The notes below the pieces were generated by a model. It was not told the DNA's origin. It searched no databases and saw only the letters and a program-made list of their open reading frames with translations. From an uncultured Clostridia bacterium (GTDB lineage Bacteria > Bacillota > Clostridia > Christensenellales > CALVMC01): DNA of 64,000 bases. This document shows, piece after piece, positions 9,285 through 19,125 of this stretch. Made by a program: the position numbers and the translations under genes. How positions within the stretch are numbered: the first letter of the stretch is position 1; every line of letters starts with the position of its first letter. Where the stretch lies: positions 327,645 to 391,644 of the forward strand of contig CALVMC010000001.1 in the NCBI GenBank assembly GCA_944342015.1, in the 5' to 3' direction.

Positions 9285-12200
9285 ATTTTTTTAACGCCGA
9301 TAACGACTTTTCCGTCAATATCCCATTCTGCGACAAAGCCTTCGGGTTTATCGCAAAAGACGATATTGTCGCAAAGCACGTCTTTTTTTACCGAAGGATT
9401 GTTTTTTATAACTTCTTTTATTGTATCGCCTGCGTTGATATAAAGTTCGATATGGTCTGTAACATAAAACCCTGCGTCCTTTCTCATATTCTGAATTTTA
9501 GAAACAAGTTCCCTTGCTCTTCCTTCTTCAATGAGTTTATCGGTAAGTTCAGTATCGATAATAACGGTAATTTCTCCTTCACTCGAAGCAGAAAATCCTT
9601 CTGCGCTTTTCGGATAAATAAGTAAATCTTCCTTAGCGAATTCCACATTAACGCCGTCAATTACAGCATTATAAAATTTTCCGCTATTGACGGTATCTAC
9701 GATTTCCTTATTGAATTTTCCCGAAGACAGAAATTCTCTTATTTTTCCTAAGAGTTTACCGTATTTAGGACCTAAGGTTTTAAGCTGAGGTTTTATATCG
9801 TACCCTATAAAATCGGAATCATCCTTAATTTTTTCGCAATTTTTAACATTGAGTTCACCTTTGATTATTTCATAAGTTTCCGCGCTTGCAGGATAAAAAT
9901 TGCTTTTTATCATAACTTTTGAAAGAGGTTGTCTGTTTTTAATATTAGCCTGAGAGCGACATGTTCTTCCTAATGCGCAAACTTTGATAGCAAATTCCAT
10001 ATCTTTTTCAAGCTCTGCATTAATCATAGATTTATCGGTTTTAGGGAAAGAACAAAGATGGACGCTTTTTTGTTCGTTTTTATTGATTCCGTAAACCAGA
10101 TTGAGATAAATAGCCTCAGAAACGAAGGGAATGAACGGTGCGCAGATTTTAGCAAGATTGACTAAAACATAATGCAAAGTTTTAAAAGCGGCAATTTTAT
10201 CTTCGTTCATATCGCTTGCCCAGTAACGCTCACGGCAACGCCTTACATACCAATTGGAAAGACCGTCTGTAAAATCCTGAATCTTTCTTGCAGCTTCTGT
10301 AATTTTATAATCCGAAAGAGCCTCGTCCACAAAAGAAATAAGAGTGTTAATTTCCGAAAGTATCCATTTATCCATAAGCGAAAGCTTGCATTTTTTAATA
10401 TCGTAATCATACGGATTAAACTTATCGATTTCTGCGTAAAGCACATAAAAAGCATAGGTATTCCAAAGGGTTCCGATAAATTTTCTTTGAACTTCCGAAA
10501 CGGTTTCTTCGCTGAACCTCGATGGCAACCAAGGAGAAGAAGTGGAATAGAAATACCATCTTACCGCATCTGCGCCCTGCTTATCGAGAACCGTCCAAGG
10601 GTCGACGACATTACCTTTGTGCTTGCTCATTTTAATTCCGTCCTTGTCGTTGACATGGCCTAAAACAATACAGTTTTTAAAAGCAGGTTTATCGAAAAGC
10701 AAAGTGGAAATAGCAAGCAAAGTATAAAACCAACCTCTTGTCTGATCAACGGCTTCGCAAATAAAGTCGGCGGGGAAATTCTTTTCGAAAAGTTCTTTAT
10801 TTTCAAACGGATAATGAAGCTGAGCAAAAGGCATAGAACCGCTGTCAAACCAACAATCCATAACTTCGCTTGTACGCTTAAAGTTTCCACCGCAATCGCA
10901 TTTAAAAGTAAGCGCATCGATATAAGGTTTATGAAGTTCGATATTATCATCGGCGCCGGTAAGAGAACACAATTCTTTTTTAGAGCCGATAACATGAATT
11001 TTTCCGCATTTATCGCAAACCCAAACAGGAAGAGGGGTTCCCCAATATCTTTCTCTCGAAACTCCCCAATCTATTACATTTTCCAAGAAGTTACCCATTC
11101 GTCCGCTACCTATCGAAGGCGGTATCCAGTTTACTTTGGAATTGTTTTTTATAAGTTTATCTTTAACTTTCGTCATTGCGATAAACCAGGAAGAGCGTGC
11201 ATAATAAAGAAGAGGAGTATCGCATCTCCAACAGTGCGGATAACTGTGCGTATACATCTGTTCTTTAAAAAGGAGTCCTCTTTTTGCGAGATTTTCTATA
11301 ATAAACTTATCGGCGTCTTTTGCAAAAAGACCTTTGAAATCGGTTGCTTCCTCTTTAAAAATACCCCTTTCGTCAACCATTTGCAAAAAAGGAAGGTTGT
11401 ATTTTTTACCCACGTTGGCGTCGTCTTCGCCGAAAGCCGGTGCGATATGGACTATACCGCTACCGTCGGTAAGAGTTACATAGCCGTCACAGGTTACGAA
11501 GTAAGCGTCGTCGCCTTTGTAATAATCGAATAAAGGCAGATATTTTACGCCTTCGTATTCTTTACCTTTTTTAATGCTGACTATTTTATAATCTTCGAAA
11601 AGTTTAGAAACAAGTTCTTTTGCCAATATATAATGAACCGAGTCCGATTCGATTTCAACATAATCTTCAACAGGGTTAACGCAAAGAGCAAGATTAGACG
11701 GCAAAGTCCAAGGAGTGGTTGTCCAAGCGAGAAAATAAGTATTTACCTTATCTTTCAGAGGGAATTTGACAAAAACCGATTTTTCGGTAACATCTTTATA
11801 GCCCTGGGCAACTTCGTGAGAAGAAAGAGCGGTACCGCATCTCGGGCAGTACGGAACGATTTTAAATCCTTTATACAAAAGACCTTTATCGTGAATTTGT
11901 TTTACAGCCCACCATACCGACTCAATGTAATTATTGTCATAGGTAATATAAGGATTTTCCATATCCACCCAATAACCTACTCTGTCGGACATAACCTCCC
12001 ATTCGCCTTTATATTTCCAGACGCTTTCTTTACATTTACGAATGAAATCCTCTACGCCGTATTTTTCAATTTCCTGTTTACCGTCAATGCCGAGAAGTTT
12101 CTCAACTTCGAGTTCGACGGGAAGTCCGTGAGTGTCCCAACCGGCTTTTCTCGGCACATTAAAACCTTTCATATTTTTAAAGCGAGGAATTAAATCCTTC

Positions 12201-12391
12201 ATTACACGGGTGAGAATATGCCCTATATGAGGTTTACCGTTAGCCGTAGGCGGTCCGTCGTAAAAAATATAATCTTTGTTTTCTTTATTTTTTTCTAACG
12301 ACTTTTTGAAAATATTTTCTTTTTTCCAATATTCGAGTATTTCTTTTTCTCTGTTCACAAAATCAAAATCGGGATTAACCTTATCGTACAT
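9281..12391 (-). CDS. ileS: Isoleucine--tRNA ligase (long, type-2-like form)
   Basis: 1036 aa with HIGH motif (PHIGH), KMSKS motif (KMSKHKGN) and an editing-domain region (TTTPWTLPSN). Confidence 0.95.
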   Translation of the reverse strand: MYDKVNPDFDFVNREKEILEYWKKENIFKKSLEKNKENKDYIFYDGPPTANGKPHIGHILTRVMKDLIPRFKNMKGFNVPRKAGWDTHGLPVELEVEKLLGIDGKQEIEKYGVEDFIRKCKESVWKYKGEWEVMSDRVGYWVDMENPYITYDNNYIESVWWAVKQIHDKGLLYKGFKIVPYCPRCGTALSSHEVAQGYKDVTEKSVFVKFPLKDKVNTYFLAWTTTPWTLPSNLALCVNPVEDYVEIESDSVHYILAKELVSKLFEDYKIVSIKKGKEYEGVKYLPLFDYYKGDDAYFVTCDGYVTLTDGSGIVHIAPAFGEDDANVGKKYNLPFLQMVDERGIFKEEATDFKGLFAKDADKFIIENLAKRGLLFKEQMYTHSYPHCWRCDTPLLYYARSSWFIAMTKVKDKLIKNNSKVNWIPPSIGSGRMGNFLENVIDWGVSRERYWGTPLPVWVCDKCGKIHVIGSKKELCSLTGADDNIELHKPYIDALTFKCDCGGNFKRTSEVMDCWFDSGSMPFAQLHYPFENKELFEKNFPADFICEAVDQTRGWFYTLLAISTLLFDKPAFKNCIVLGHVNDKDGIKMSKHKGNVVDPWTVLDKQGADAVRWYFYSTSSPWLPSRFSEETVSEVQRKFIGTLWNTYAFYVLYAEIDKFNPYDYDIKKCKLSLMDKWILSEINTLISFVDEALSDYKITEAARKIQDFTDGLSNWYVRRCRERYWASDMNEDKIAAFKTLHYVLVNLAKICAPFIPFVSEAIYLNLVYGINKNEQKSVHLCSFPKTDKSMINAELEKDMEFAIKVCALGRTCRSQANIKNRQPLSKVMIKSNFYPASAETYEIIKGELNVKNCEKIKDDSDFIGYDIKPQLKTLGPKYGKLLGKIREFLSSGKFNKEIVDTVNSGKFYNAVIDGVNVEFAKEDLLIYPKSAEGFSASSEGEITVIIDTELTDKLIEEGRARELVSKIQNMRKDAGFYVTDHIELYINAGDTIKEVIKNNPSVKKDVLCDNIVFCDKPEGFVAEWDIDGKVVIGVKKI

Positions 12392-12460
12392 ATCAACACT
12401 CCGTAAAATTTATAGCATGGTTTTTAAGCGAAAACCGCTTAAAGGAAAACCGCTTATAAA

Positions 12461-12489
12461 ATTATATTATAAGCATATAAAAAAGTCAA
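12461..12489 (-). promoter_or_regulatory. Putative sigma-A promoter of ileS
   Basis: Minus strand reads TTGACT (12489-12484), a 17-nt spacer, then TATAAT (12466-12461). Confidence 0.45.
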
Positions 12490-12643
12490 CGACTTGGACT
12501 CTTAATAGAATAAGAAGATAAATAAAATAGGTAAATAAAATATAACTTCATACAAATAACCTTAAGTAAAAAAATTATAATAATAAAAATTAATCGTTAA
12601 AAGCCGATGATATTTATAAAAAAAGCTTTAAATTATAATAATT

Positions 12644-13771
12644 TTACCCATTGTGCCCGGTAAGTTCAAATAAAATTTTATCGGTTGCAGATATAAAGGA
12701 TTTAATATCGGACAAAGAGTTATTATACCCCACACTTGCTCTTATAAGACCGCTTTTAAGAGTTTGAAGTTTTTTGTGTATCAACGGCGCACAATGAAGC
12801 CCCGGTCTTACGCAAATCGAATAACGCTGACTTAATATATCACTTAAAAGACCTAAATCGCAATCAGCGTAAAAGCTTACTATTCCCGCATTGCCGTGCG
12901 AAAATATTTTAATGCCTTTTATATCGTTTAAACCGTTATATAGAATGTCCGCAAGTCCGTTTATATGTTTGTTTATTTTATCAAAATTAGAATAAGTCCA
13001 TTTAACTCCTTCATATAATCCAGCAATGGCAGGCGTATTAAGGGTTCCGCTCTCCAAACTTTCCGGCAGTTCTTCCGGCTGAAAAATACTGTCGCTAACC
13101 GTTCCCGTTCCTCCGAATATTATCGGTTTTACTTTTACGCCGTCTGAAATAATAAGAAATCCCACTCCCTGAGGAGAATGAAGTCCTTTGTGCCCCGCTC
13201 CTGCAATTAAGTCTATACCGCATTTTTTTATATCGATTTTCCTGTGTCCCAAAGACTGTGCGCCGTCAACCAAAAAAAGTGCGTCACTGTTTTCTTTTAC
13301 AACCTTTCCTATTTCCTCTATATTTTGCTCTTCTCCGGTAACATTTGAAATATGATTGACAACCACAAGTCGAGTATTATTATTTAACATATTTTTTATA
13401 ATAATCGGAGTTTCACAAGTCTTGCAATCGACATATTTTATTTTAATTAATCCCTTTCTTTCAAGATATGCAAGCGGTCGAAGCACTGAATTATGCTCGT
13501 TTACCGTAGTTATAACCTCGCCTTCTCTTACCGTACCCAAAATGGCGCAATTTAGTGCTTCCGTACAATTTTTTGTAAAAACCGCATTACAGTTATTACC
13601 GAACATATCTTCAAGAAAAATTCTGGTTTTAAGTATTTTTTCCGACGCTCTTTGCGACGCTATATGTCCGCCACGACCGGAGTTTGCAGGATTTTTTAAT
13701 TCTTTTTCAACCGCATCGAATACAGTTTCAGGCTTATATTTACTTGTTGCCGCATTGTCAAGATAAATCAT
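12644..13771 (-). CDS. Class V aminotransferase-fold cysteine desulfurase family protein
   Basis: 375 aa starting IYLDNAATS, with PLP-lysine context GAGHKGLHSPQGVGFL and a C-terminal CVRPGLHCAP segment. Confidence 0.8.
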   Translation of the reverse strand: MIYLDNAATSKYKPETVFDAVEKELKNPANSGRGGHIASQRASEKILKTRIFLEDMFGNNCNAVFTKNCTEALNCAILGTVREGEVITTVNEHNSVLRPLAYLERKGLIKIKYVDCKTCETPIIIKNMLNNNTRLVVVNHISNVTGEEQNIEEIGKVVKENSDALFLVDGAQSLGHRKIDIKKCGIDLIAGAGHKGLHSPQGVGFLIISDGVKVKPIIFGGTGTVSDSIFQPEELPESLESGTLNTPAIAGLYEGVKWTYSNFDKINKHINGLADILYNGLNDIKGIKIFSHGNAGIVSFYADCDLGLLSDILSQRYSICVRPGLHCAPLIHKKLQTLKSGLIRASVGYNNSLSDIKSFISATDKILFELTGHNG

Positions 13772-13907
13772 ACCCTCTCCTTATGTAACATTAAACTGAA
13801 TAAATTAATATTGTATAGTGTTACGGATATATCCGTATATTTCACAATATTTACTTAAAGATTAAAATGTTCCGAAATTTTTTATTCGGAAACATCAGGA
13901 GGGTTTT

Positions 13908-14168
13908 ATGTACTTTATAATCGCTTCCTTCCGTTCAAGAACGCAGGCTGCTAAATTTGAAAACTTATTGAAACGAAACAGAATAGACTGCGCATTGATT
14001 AATACCCCGAGAGAAATATCCGTAGGTTGCGGAGTTTCCGTAAAATTCTCAGAGAGTAAATTCAATGCAGTAAAAAGACTGATGCAATCGGCCGATTTAA
14101 CATCTTTTTCAGGATTTTTCAGAGTACTTAATTTCGATTACGGAAGATATAATTTAGAAAGAATTTAA
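13908..14168 (+). CDS. DUF3343-type putative Se/S carrier-like protein
   Basis: 86 aa. The pattern FRSRTQAAKFENLLKRNRIDCALINTPREISVGCGVSVKF matches the DUF3343 signature (TPREIS..CG) as I recall it. Confidence 0.6.
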   Translation: MYFIIASFRSRTQAAKFENLLKRNRIDCALINTPREISVGCGVSVKFSESKFNAVKRLMQSADLTSFSGFFRVLNFDYGRYNLERI

Positions 14169-14195
14169 ACCGGCTGAAAGCCGGTTTTTCTTTTT
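14168..14195. terminator. Rho-independent terminator between convergent genes
   Basis: AACCGGC-TGAAA-GCCGGTT followed by TTTTTCTTTTT on the plus strand. Confidence 0.75.
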
Positions 14196-14220
14196 AATTT
14201 TCATCTATTCAATGGCTTTC

Positions 14221-15351
14221 TTAAAATTTCAACGCATCGTTATCCAAAACAAATACATTCGGTTTTATTTTTTTAGAGATACCGTAGAGTGCTCTTTTCA
14301 TTGAAACAGCTTTCAAAGAAGGATTAGCCTGACACAAACAAGCGCAAATTCCCGCAACATACGGCGCAGCTACGCTTGTTCCGCTCATTGAAGTATAAAC
14401 CCTGTCTCCTAATCCTTTTATATCTTCTCCCGGGGCGTAAAAATCAGGTCTAATAAAGCCGCCGAATACCTTTCTTGACGTAAAATCCGAAATATTATAA
14501 TTATTTCCCACTGATCCTACGCTTATCACTCTGGGACCTGCTGCGGGAGATTTAATAGTACCTTCGCCGCTGTTTCCCGATGCACACACGACATTTATAT
14601 TGTTTCTGACAAGTGTTTCACTTCCTATAATAAGCGGGTCGTTCGGGTAAATTATATCGCTGCCGAAACTCATACAACAAACTTTGATATTATATTTTAA
14701 AGCATTATCGAGAACCCACTGCATTCCTTCTAAAACTTTAAAAGCTCCGCCTTCCCCTTCGCTGTTCATTACTTTAACGCTTATAACAGTAGACTTCGGA
14801 GCACTTCCGCAAATTTCTCCTCTGCTGCAAAGTCCGCTTCCGGCGCATACGCCTGCAACAAAAGTTCCGTGCCCGTTATCGTCATAAGGAATTGTTTTTC
14901 CGTCTTCGAAATCAACGAAAGCGGCAACTCTGTTCGGTAAAGACACATCGAGATGAGGATTTATTCCCGTATCTATAAAAGCGACGCCTATGCCTTCACC
15001 GTTATATTTTCTTTTCCTCTCTTTTAAAATTTCCGTTTTTTGAAAAATTTCATTATCCGGCTTCTTGTCAAATGGTAAAGCGCCGACTTTCGAAAACATT
15101 GAATTACTATTTTCCAAAGCCGTAACAGTACTTTGCGACGATATGTATTTAACTTCTTTAAGTTTTGTAAGATAAGGTAAAAGCTGTTTGTTTGCCATAA
15201 TTCCCACAGCTTTGATAAAAGGAAATTCACAAACTATCCTTATGTTTAAGCTGTTGGTTTTTTTTATAAACCTATTTACATCATCGACAAAAACTATCAA
15301 CGCACCTTCATTAGAGGAATTTATTTTTCTTATATTACTGTCAAAAAGCAT
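14221..15351 (-). CDS. Subtilisin-like serine protease (peptidase S8)
   Basis: Catalytic triad contexts AFIDTGI (Asp), HGTFVAG (His) and SGTSVAAPYVAG (Ser). 376 aa with no obvious signal peptide. Confidence 0.85.
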   Translation of the reverse strand: MLFDSNIRKINSSNEGALIVFVDDVNRFIKKTNSLNIRIVCEFPFIKAVGIMANKQLLPYLTKLKEVKYISSQSTVTALENSNSMFSKVGALPFDKKPDNEIFQKTEILKERKRKYNGEGIGVAFIDTGINPHLDVSLPNRVAAFVDFEDGKTIPYDDNGHGTFVAGVCAGSGLCSRGEICGSAPKSTVISVKVMNSEGEGGAFKVLEGMQWVLDNALKYNIKVCCMSFGSDIIYPNDPLIIGSETLVRNNINVVCASGNSGEGTIKSPAAGPRVISVGSVGNNYNISDFTSRKVFGGFIRPDFYAPGEDIKGLGDRVYTSMSGTSVAAPYVAGICACLCQANPSLKAVSMKRALYGISKKIKPNVFVLDNDALKF

Positions 15352-15353
15352 AA

Positions 15354-15653
15354 TTATTTTATCTTATTAATAATTGAATCGAGTTTTTTTCTTTGTTCCC
15401 TGTTTAACATGGGGCTGACTTTCTTATAGAACTCATCGATATCGGAATTTTTCAGCTCTCCGCTGCTTTTCCCTGCCGCTACCTGTTTCAATATTTCCCC
15501 CATTAATTCGTCTTCGGATTTTCCTTCGTATTTTTTTGCAGTGTTTTTCAGTTTCTCTTCACACTGTTTCTTTTCCGACTCGGATATAACGCAATTACTT
15601 TCAGCACCGTTATTTTCAGAATTATTTTTTATGTAACTTTTAAAATCACTCAT
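15354..15653 (-). CDS. Small charged hypothetical protein
   Basis: ORF with ATG at 15653 preceded by GAGGTG. The ORF-track GTG start at 15665 is less likely. No family recognised. Confidence 0.4.
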   Translation of the reverse strand: MSDFKSYIKNNSENNGAESNCVISESEKKQCEEKLKNTAKKYEGKSEDELMGEILKQVAAGKSSGELKNSDIDEFYKKVSPMLNREQRKKLDSIINKIK

Positions 15654-15783
15654 ATAACACCTCACATACCATATCGGCCTTATATATTAATATGACGAAA
15701 TATTTAATTAAGTTCTGAATAAATAAAATAAAAAATGTCACCAAATCATTTTATTTGCATATATATAATTTAAGGTGACTAAT

Positions 15784-16320
15784 ATGGATTTTACAAGTAT
15801 GCTCCCTATGCTTATGCAAGCCATGGGAAAAGGTTCGATAAATAACGATAATCTTTTAAATATTATGCAAAAAGGCGGAAATTTCGATATCGGAAGCCTT
15901 ATCGGTTTGTTAAACAAAAATTCAAATTCAGATAGCGAAAAACAGACTGACAACATGAATATGTTACAAACCCTGCTTCCATTGATGCTTTCAAAAAACA
16001 ACGAAAAAATCAATAATGCAAGTTGTTCTTTAAACTCTGAAAACAAAGATTTAAAGTGCGATAAAAATAATACCGAATACAATGTCGAAGAAAATATTGC
16101 CTCTTCTCATCTTTTTCCGTCAGATAACGAAATAAAATCCGGAAAAACTTTCAGCGTAGAAGACGCCGACAGATACTATCGTGAATGTATGGAAAAATTT
16201 TCAAAAGATACAGAAAATAATGATATGGAAATTAAAACGGTCAATGCAAATACTGTAAACGAAGCCGATATAAATAAAGAATTATTTAATCTTATTAAAA
16301 AAAGAAAGGAAGTCAACTGA
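15784..16320 (+). CDS. Hypothetical protein
   Basis: ATG at 15784 preceded by AAGGTG. N/S/K-rich sequence with no family recognised. Confidence 0.4.
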   Translation: MDFTSMLPMLMQAMGKGSINNDNLLNIMQKGGNFDIGSLIGLLNKNSNSDSEKQTDNMNMLQTLLPLMLSKNNEKINNASCSLNSENKDLKCDKNNTEYNVEENIASSHLFPSDNEIKSGKTFSVEDADRYYRECMEKFSKDTENNDMEIKTVNANTVNEADINKELFNLIKKRKEVN

Positions 16321-16332
16321 CTTCCTTTCTTA
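16304..16332. terminator. Hairpin between convergent genes (possible bidirectional terminator)
   Basis: AAAGGAAGT-CAACTG-ACTTCCTTT overlapping the stop at 16318-16320. Only modest T-rich tails. Confidence 0.45.
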
Positions 16333-16340
16333 ATACAGTA

Positions 16341-18311
16341 TTAATTTATAATCCCTTCTTTCGGTTTTTCTTTTTCCTTTTTTATTTTTTTAAATTTCGA
16401 ATTAACTCTCATAGCGTTCAATATTGCAATAAAAGCCACGCCTACATCTCCGAAAACGGCAACCCACATATTTGCAAGACCTATCGCAGATAATATTAAA
16501 ATTGCCACTTTTACCGTTATTGAAAACCATATATTTTCAAATACGATTTTCATTGTTTTTCTTGCGATTTTTTTTGCAACCGATATTCCTTTCAGATTAT
16601 CGTTCATAAGCACTATATCGGCAGCTTCGATTGCCGCATCGCTTCCAACCCCTCCCATTGCAATACCTATATCCGAACGCATTAATACGGGCGCATCGTT
16701 AATTCCGTCTCCTACAAAACAAACAACATCTTCTTTATCTTTATTTGCAATAATTTTTTCCAGCTCTTCTACTTTGTTATCGGGAAGCAGAGAAGACTTA
16801 TATTCGTCGATACCGATTTGCAAAGCAACTTTCTTTGCGACATTTTCATTGTCGCCCGTGAGCATTATGCTTTTGCATCCCATATTCTTTATTTCTGAAA
16901 TTACATCTTTCGTCTCGCTTTTAAGCTCGTCACTAATTAAAACAGAACCGATAAAATCATTGTCTTTTGCAACATAAACGACAGTTCCCGCTCCCTTATG
17001 TTCAGTATAATTAATATTTTTTTCCTTCATTAGTTTTTCGTTTCCGCAATATATAACGGATTTTCCATCGGTTGCGCATATTCCTAATCCTGAAATTTCA
17101 GTTACCGAATAATTATTATCTGTTTTTTTACCGTAACTGCCAATAATGGATTTAGCTATGGGATGATTTGAATTCTTTTCAGCAATGGACGCAAACTTTA
17201 AAATTTCTTCTCGCCTGTTTTCAGGACAAACTTGACTGACCTTAAAATTTCCTTTTGTTAAAGTTCCGGTTTTATCGAAAACAAAAATTTTAGCCTTATT
17301 AAGTTTCTCTAAATAATTTGACCCTTTAACAAGTATTCCGTATCCCGAGGCGGCTCCGATACCCGCAAAAAAGGAAAGAGGAATCGATATAACCAAAGCA
17401 CAAGGACAAGAAACGACCAGAAAACTCAATGCCCTGTATATCCAAACCGACCATTGTTTGGTAATTAACGACGGAACGATTGCAAGAGCAAGTGCCACGA
17501 AAACGACAACGGGGGTATAAAATTTTGCAAATTTAGTAATAAAATTTTCAGCTTTTGCTTTTTTTGCGGAAGCATTTTCCACAAGATTGAGTATTTTATT
17601 TACGGTGGAATTATAAAATTCTTTTTTTACTTCGACTTCTAATTGCGAAGTCAAATTTATGTATCCGCTGATAACCTCCTCTCCCTCAAATACATCCTTT
17701 GGAAGAGATTCGCCTGTTAAATTTTTGGTATCGAGCACGGAATTACCTTTAACTATCACACCGTCGAGAGGTATCTTTTCTCCCGGATATACGAGAACAA
17801 TATCGCCTTCTTTGACTTCGGTAGGCTCAACTTTTTCAATCTTGCCGTCTTTCATTAAATTAGCATAATCCGGACGGATATTCATAAGCGACGATATCGA
17901 CTTGCGAGATTTATCCGTAGCATAATCCTGAAAGAATTCTCCTATCTGATAAAACAGCAAAACAGCGCAAGCCTCGTCGAACCCTTCTGTCCCTTTTCCG
18001 CTTACTCCGCCGTAAATTGCAAGTCCGAACGCACCGAGCGTTGCGATGCACATTAAAAAATTTTCATCGAAAATCTGTCCGTGAAAAATATTTCTGAGCG
18101 CTCTGTAAAGCACATCGTAACCGATCAGAATATAAATTATCAAATAAAGTAAAAAGGGTAAAATCCAACCGTAATTTACATTTAATACAGTTTCTAAATT
18201 TACTACTTTATCGACCGTAAAAACGGCAATAAATAATATTAATGATATTACAATTCTTATTAAATTAATAAATTGTTCTTTATTTAAATTAGGCTTTTTC
18301 ATAATCGTCAA
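16341..18311 (-). CDS. Heavy-metal translocating P1B-type ATPase (Cd/Zn/Co-type likely)
   Basis: 656 aa with the CPC motif (VSCPCALV), DKTGTLT, TGES and GDGINDAP. No fused N-terminal HMA domain. Confidence 0.9.
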   Translation of the reverse strand: MTIMKKPNLNKEQFINLIRIVISLILFIAVFTVDKVVNLETVLNVNYGWILPFLLYLIIYILIGYDVLYRALRNIFHGQIFDENFLMCIATLGAFGLAIYGGVSGKGTEGFDEACAVLLFYQIGEFFQDYATDKSRKSISSLMNIRPDYANLMKDGKIEKVEPTEVKEGDIVLVYPGEKIPLDGVIVKGNSVLDTKNLTGESLPKDVFEGEEVISGYINLTSQLEVEVKKEFYNSTVNKILNLVENASAKKAKAENFITKFAKFYTPVVVFVALALAIVPSLITKQWSVWIYRALSFLVVSCPCALVISIPLSFFAGIGAASGYGILVKGSNYLEKLNKAKIFVFDKTGTLTKGNFKVSQVCPENRREEILKFASIAEKNSNHPIAKSIIGSYGKKTDNNYSVTEISGLGICATDGKSVIYCGNEKLMKEKNINYTEHKGAGTVVYVAKDNDFIGSVLISDELKSETKDVISEIKNMGCKSIMLTGDNENVAKKVALQIGIDEYKSSLLPDNKVEELEKIIANKDKEDVVCFVGDGINDAPVLMRSDIGIAMGGVGSDAAIEAADIVLMNDNLKGISVAKKIARKTMKIVFENIWFSITVKVAILILSAIGLANMWVAVFGDVGVAFIAILNAMRVNSKFKKIKKEKEKPKEGIIN

Positions 18312-18529
18312 ATTAAATTAATTTCAGAGCGAGGTTCTATTTTTTTACAGACCTTCCCTATTTTTTCAAAATTTTCCAAAAACCAGTTTTCTTCCGCATC
18401 GATCGTTATTTTTTCTCCGAAAAAATCAACGCTTGCCGAGTTTACTCCGTTTAATTTAGATAAATTTCTCTCGATTTTTGCAGCGCAGTTTGCACAATGT
18501 AAATTTTTTATTTTGTATTGCTTTATCAT
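18308..18529 (-). CDS. Heavy-metal-associated (HMA) domain metallochaperone
   Basis: 73 aa with the metal-binding CANCAAKIE (CxxC) motif. Overlaps the ATPase start by 4 nt. Confidence 0.8.
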   Translation of the reverse strand: MIKQYKIKNLHCANCAAKIERNLSKLNGVNSASVDFFGEKITIDAEENWFLENFEKIGKVCKKIEPRSEINLI

Positions 18530-18602
18530 ATCTTCTCCTCCTCTTTTGAACTTTTAATTTTATTGCGATACTTACAAGGTGCCTCATTAATTGAATATTC
18601 AG

Positions 18603-18626
18603 ATTATTGAACAATTATTCAATAAT
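18603..18626 (-). promoter_or_regulatory. Putative ArsR/SmtB operator upstream of the HMA-ATPase operon
   Basis: Inverted repeat ATTATTGAA-CAATTA-TTCAATAAT in the intergenic region. It shares the ATTGAACA/TTCAAT core with the site upstream of the ArsR gene. Confidence 0.5.
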
Positions 18627-18679
18627 AGATTTTTTAAAAACAGGTATTAAACCTGTAAATAAATCAATATTAGGATTTA

Positions 18680-19018
18680 TTATCTGTCCTCATTCACATG
18701 CATTAAGCCGCATTCCATAATTTTAGTTACATGGTCATCATCGAGAGAATACTTAACTTCCTTACCTTCCTTTTTTCCTTTCACAAGTTTTGCTCCCCTT
18801 AAAACTCTTAATTGATGAGAAACAGCTGAAAGGCTCATATTTAAAATTTCGGCAATCTCCCAGACATATAAGTCCTTGATTTGCAGACAGCTTAAAATTT
18901 TAGTACGGGTAGAATCTCCGAACATTTTAAATAATTCCGCCAAATCGTAAATAATTTCATCCTTTGGAAGTAGTTTTTTTATTTCATTAGATGAACTTTT
19001 ATTTTTACTATCACTCAT
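18680..19018 (-). CDS. ArsR/SmtB-family metalloregulator
   Basis: 112 aa with DSTRTKILSCL and the wHTH segment WEIAEILNMSLSAVSHQLRVLRGAKLV. Confidence 0.85.
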   Translation of the reverse strand: MSDSKNKSSSNEIKKLLPKDEIIYDLAELFKMFGDSTRTKILSCLQIKDLYVWEIAEILNMSLSAVSHQLRVLRGAKLVKGKKEGKEVKYSLDDDHVTKIMECGLMHVNEDR

Positions 19019-19034
19019 AACTCACCTTGTAATA

Positions 19035-19092
19035 ATTGAACAGTTCTTTAATTGTTCAATAATAGTATATACCTTTTATTCCATATTGTCAA
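19035..19092 (-). promoter_or_regulatory. Putative promoter plus operator of the ArsR gene
   Basis: Minus strand reads TTGACA (19092-19087), a 17-nt spacer, then TATACT (19069-19064). This is followed by the inverted repeat ATTGAACA (19035-19042) / TGTTCAAT (19053-19060). Confidence 0.5.
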
Positions 19093-19096
19093 CCGT

Positions 19097-19125
19097 TAAA
19101 AAAAGAAAAATCCGAAGATTTTTCT
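19097..19125 (-). terminator. Rho-independent terminator of thiT
   Basis: AGAAAAATC (19104-19112) / GATTTTTCT (19117-19125) with loop CGAA. A T-run follows on the minus strand. Confidence 0.7.

Noticed and set aside
10172-12193. Several long ORFs inside ileS: plus-strand antisense ORFs of 163-239 aa (10172-10663, 10814-11533, 11633-12193) and a 111-aa minus-strand ORF (10660-10995) in another frame.
   Set aside because: They lie entirely inside a highly conserved gene and have F/I/K/R-rich composition typical of non-coding-frame reading of AT-rich coding DNA. None has a ribosome-binding site.
12392-12643. Expected a T-box leader upstream of ileS. Noticed a direct repeat AAGCGGTTTTC x2 and a small AAGCG/CGCTT hairpin in the ~60-nt leader.
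   Set aside because: Neither strand has a T-box consensus (GGTGGTACCGCG or its complement) or a specifier-loop architecture. The hairpin has only 5 bp and no U-tract. I can only call a plausible promoter, not a riboregulator.
15738-16082. 114-aa minus-strand ORF overlapping the 15784-16320 plus-strand gene.
   Set aside because: It has no SD and a hydrophobic, F/L/S-rich shadow composition. The plus-strand ORF has a good SD and is followed by a hairpin.
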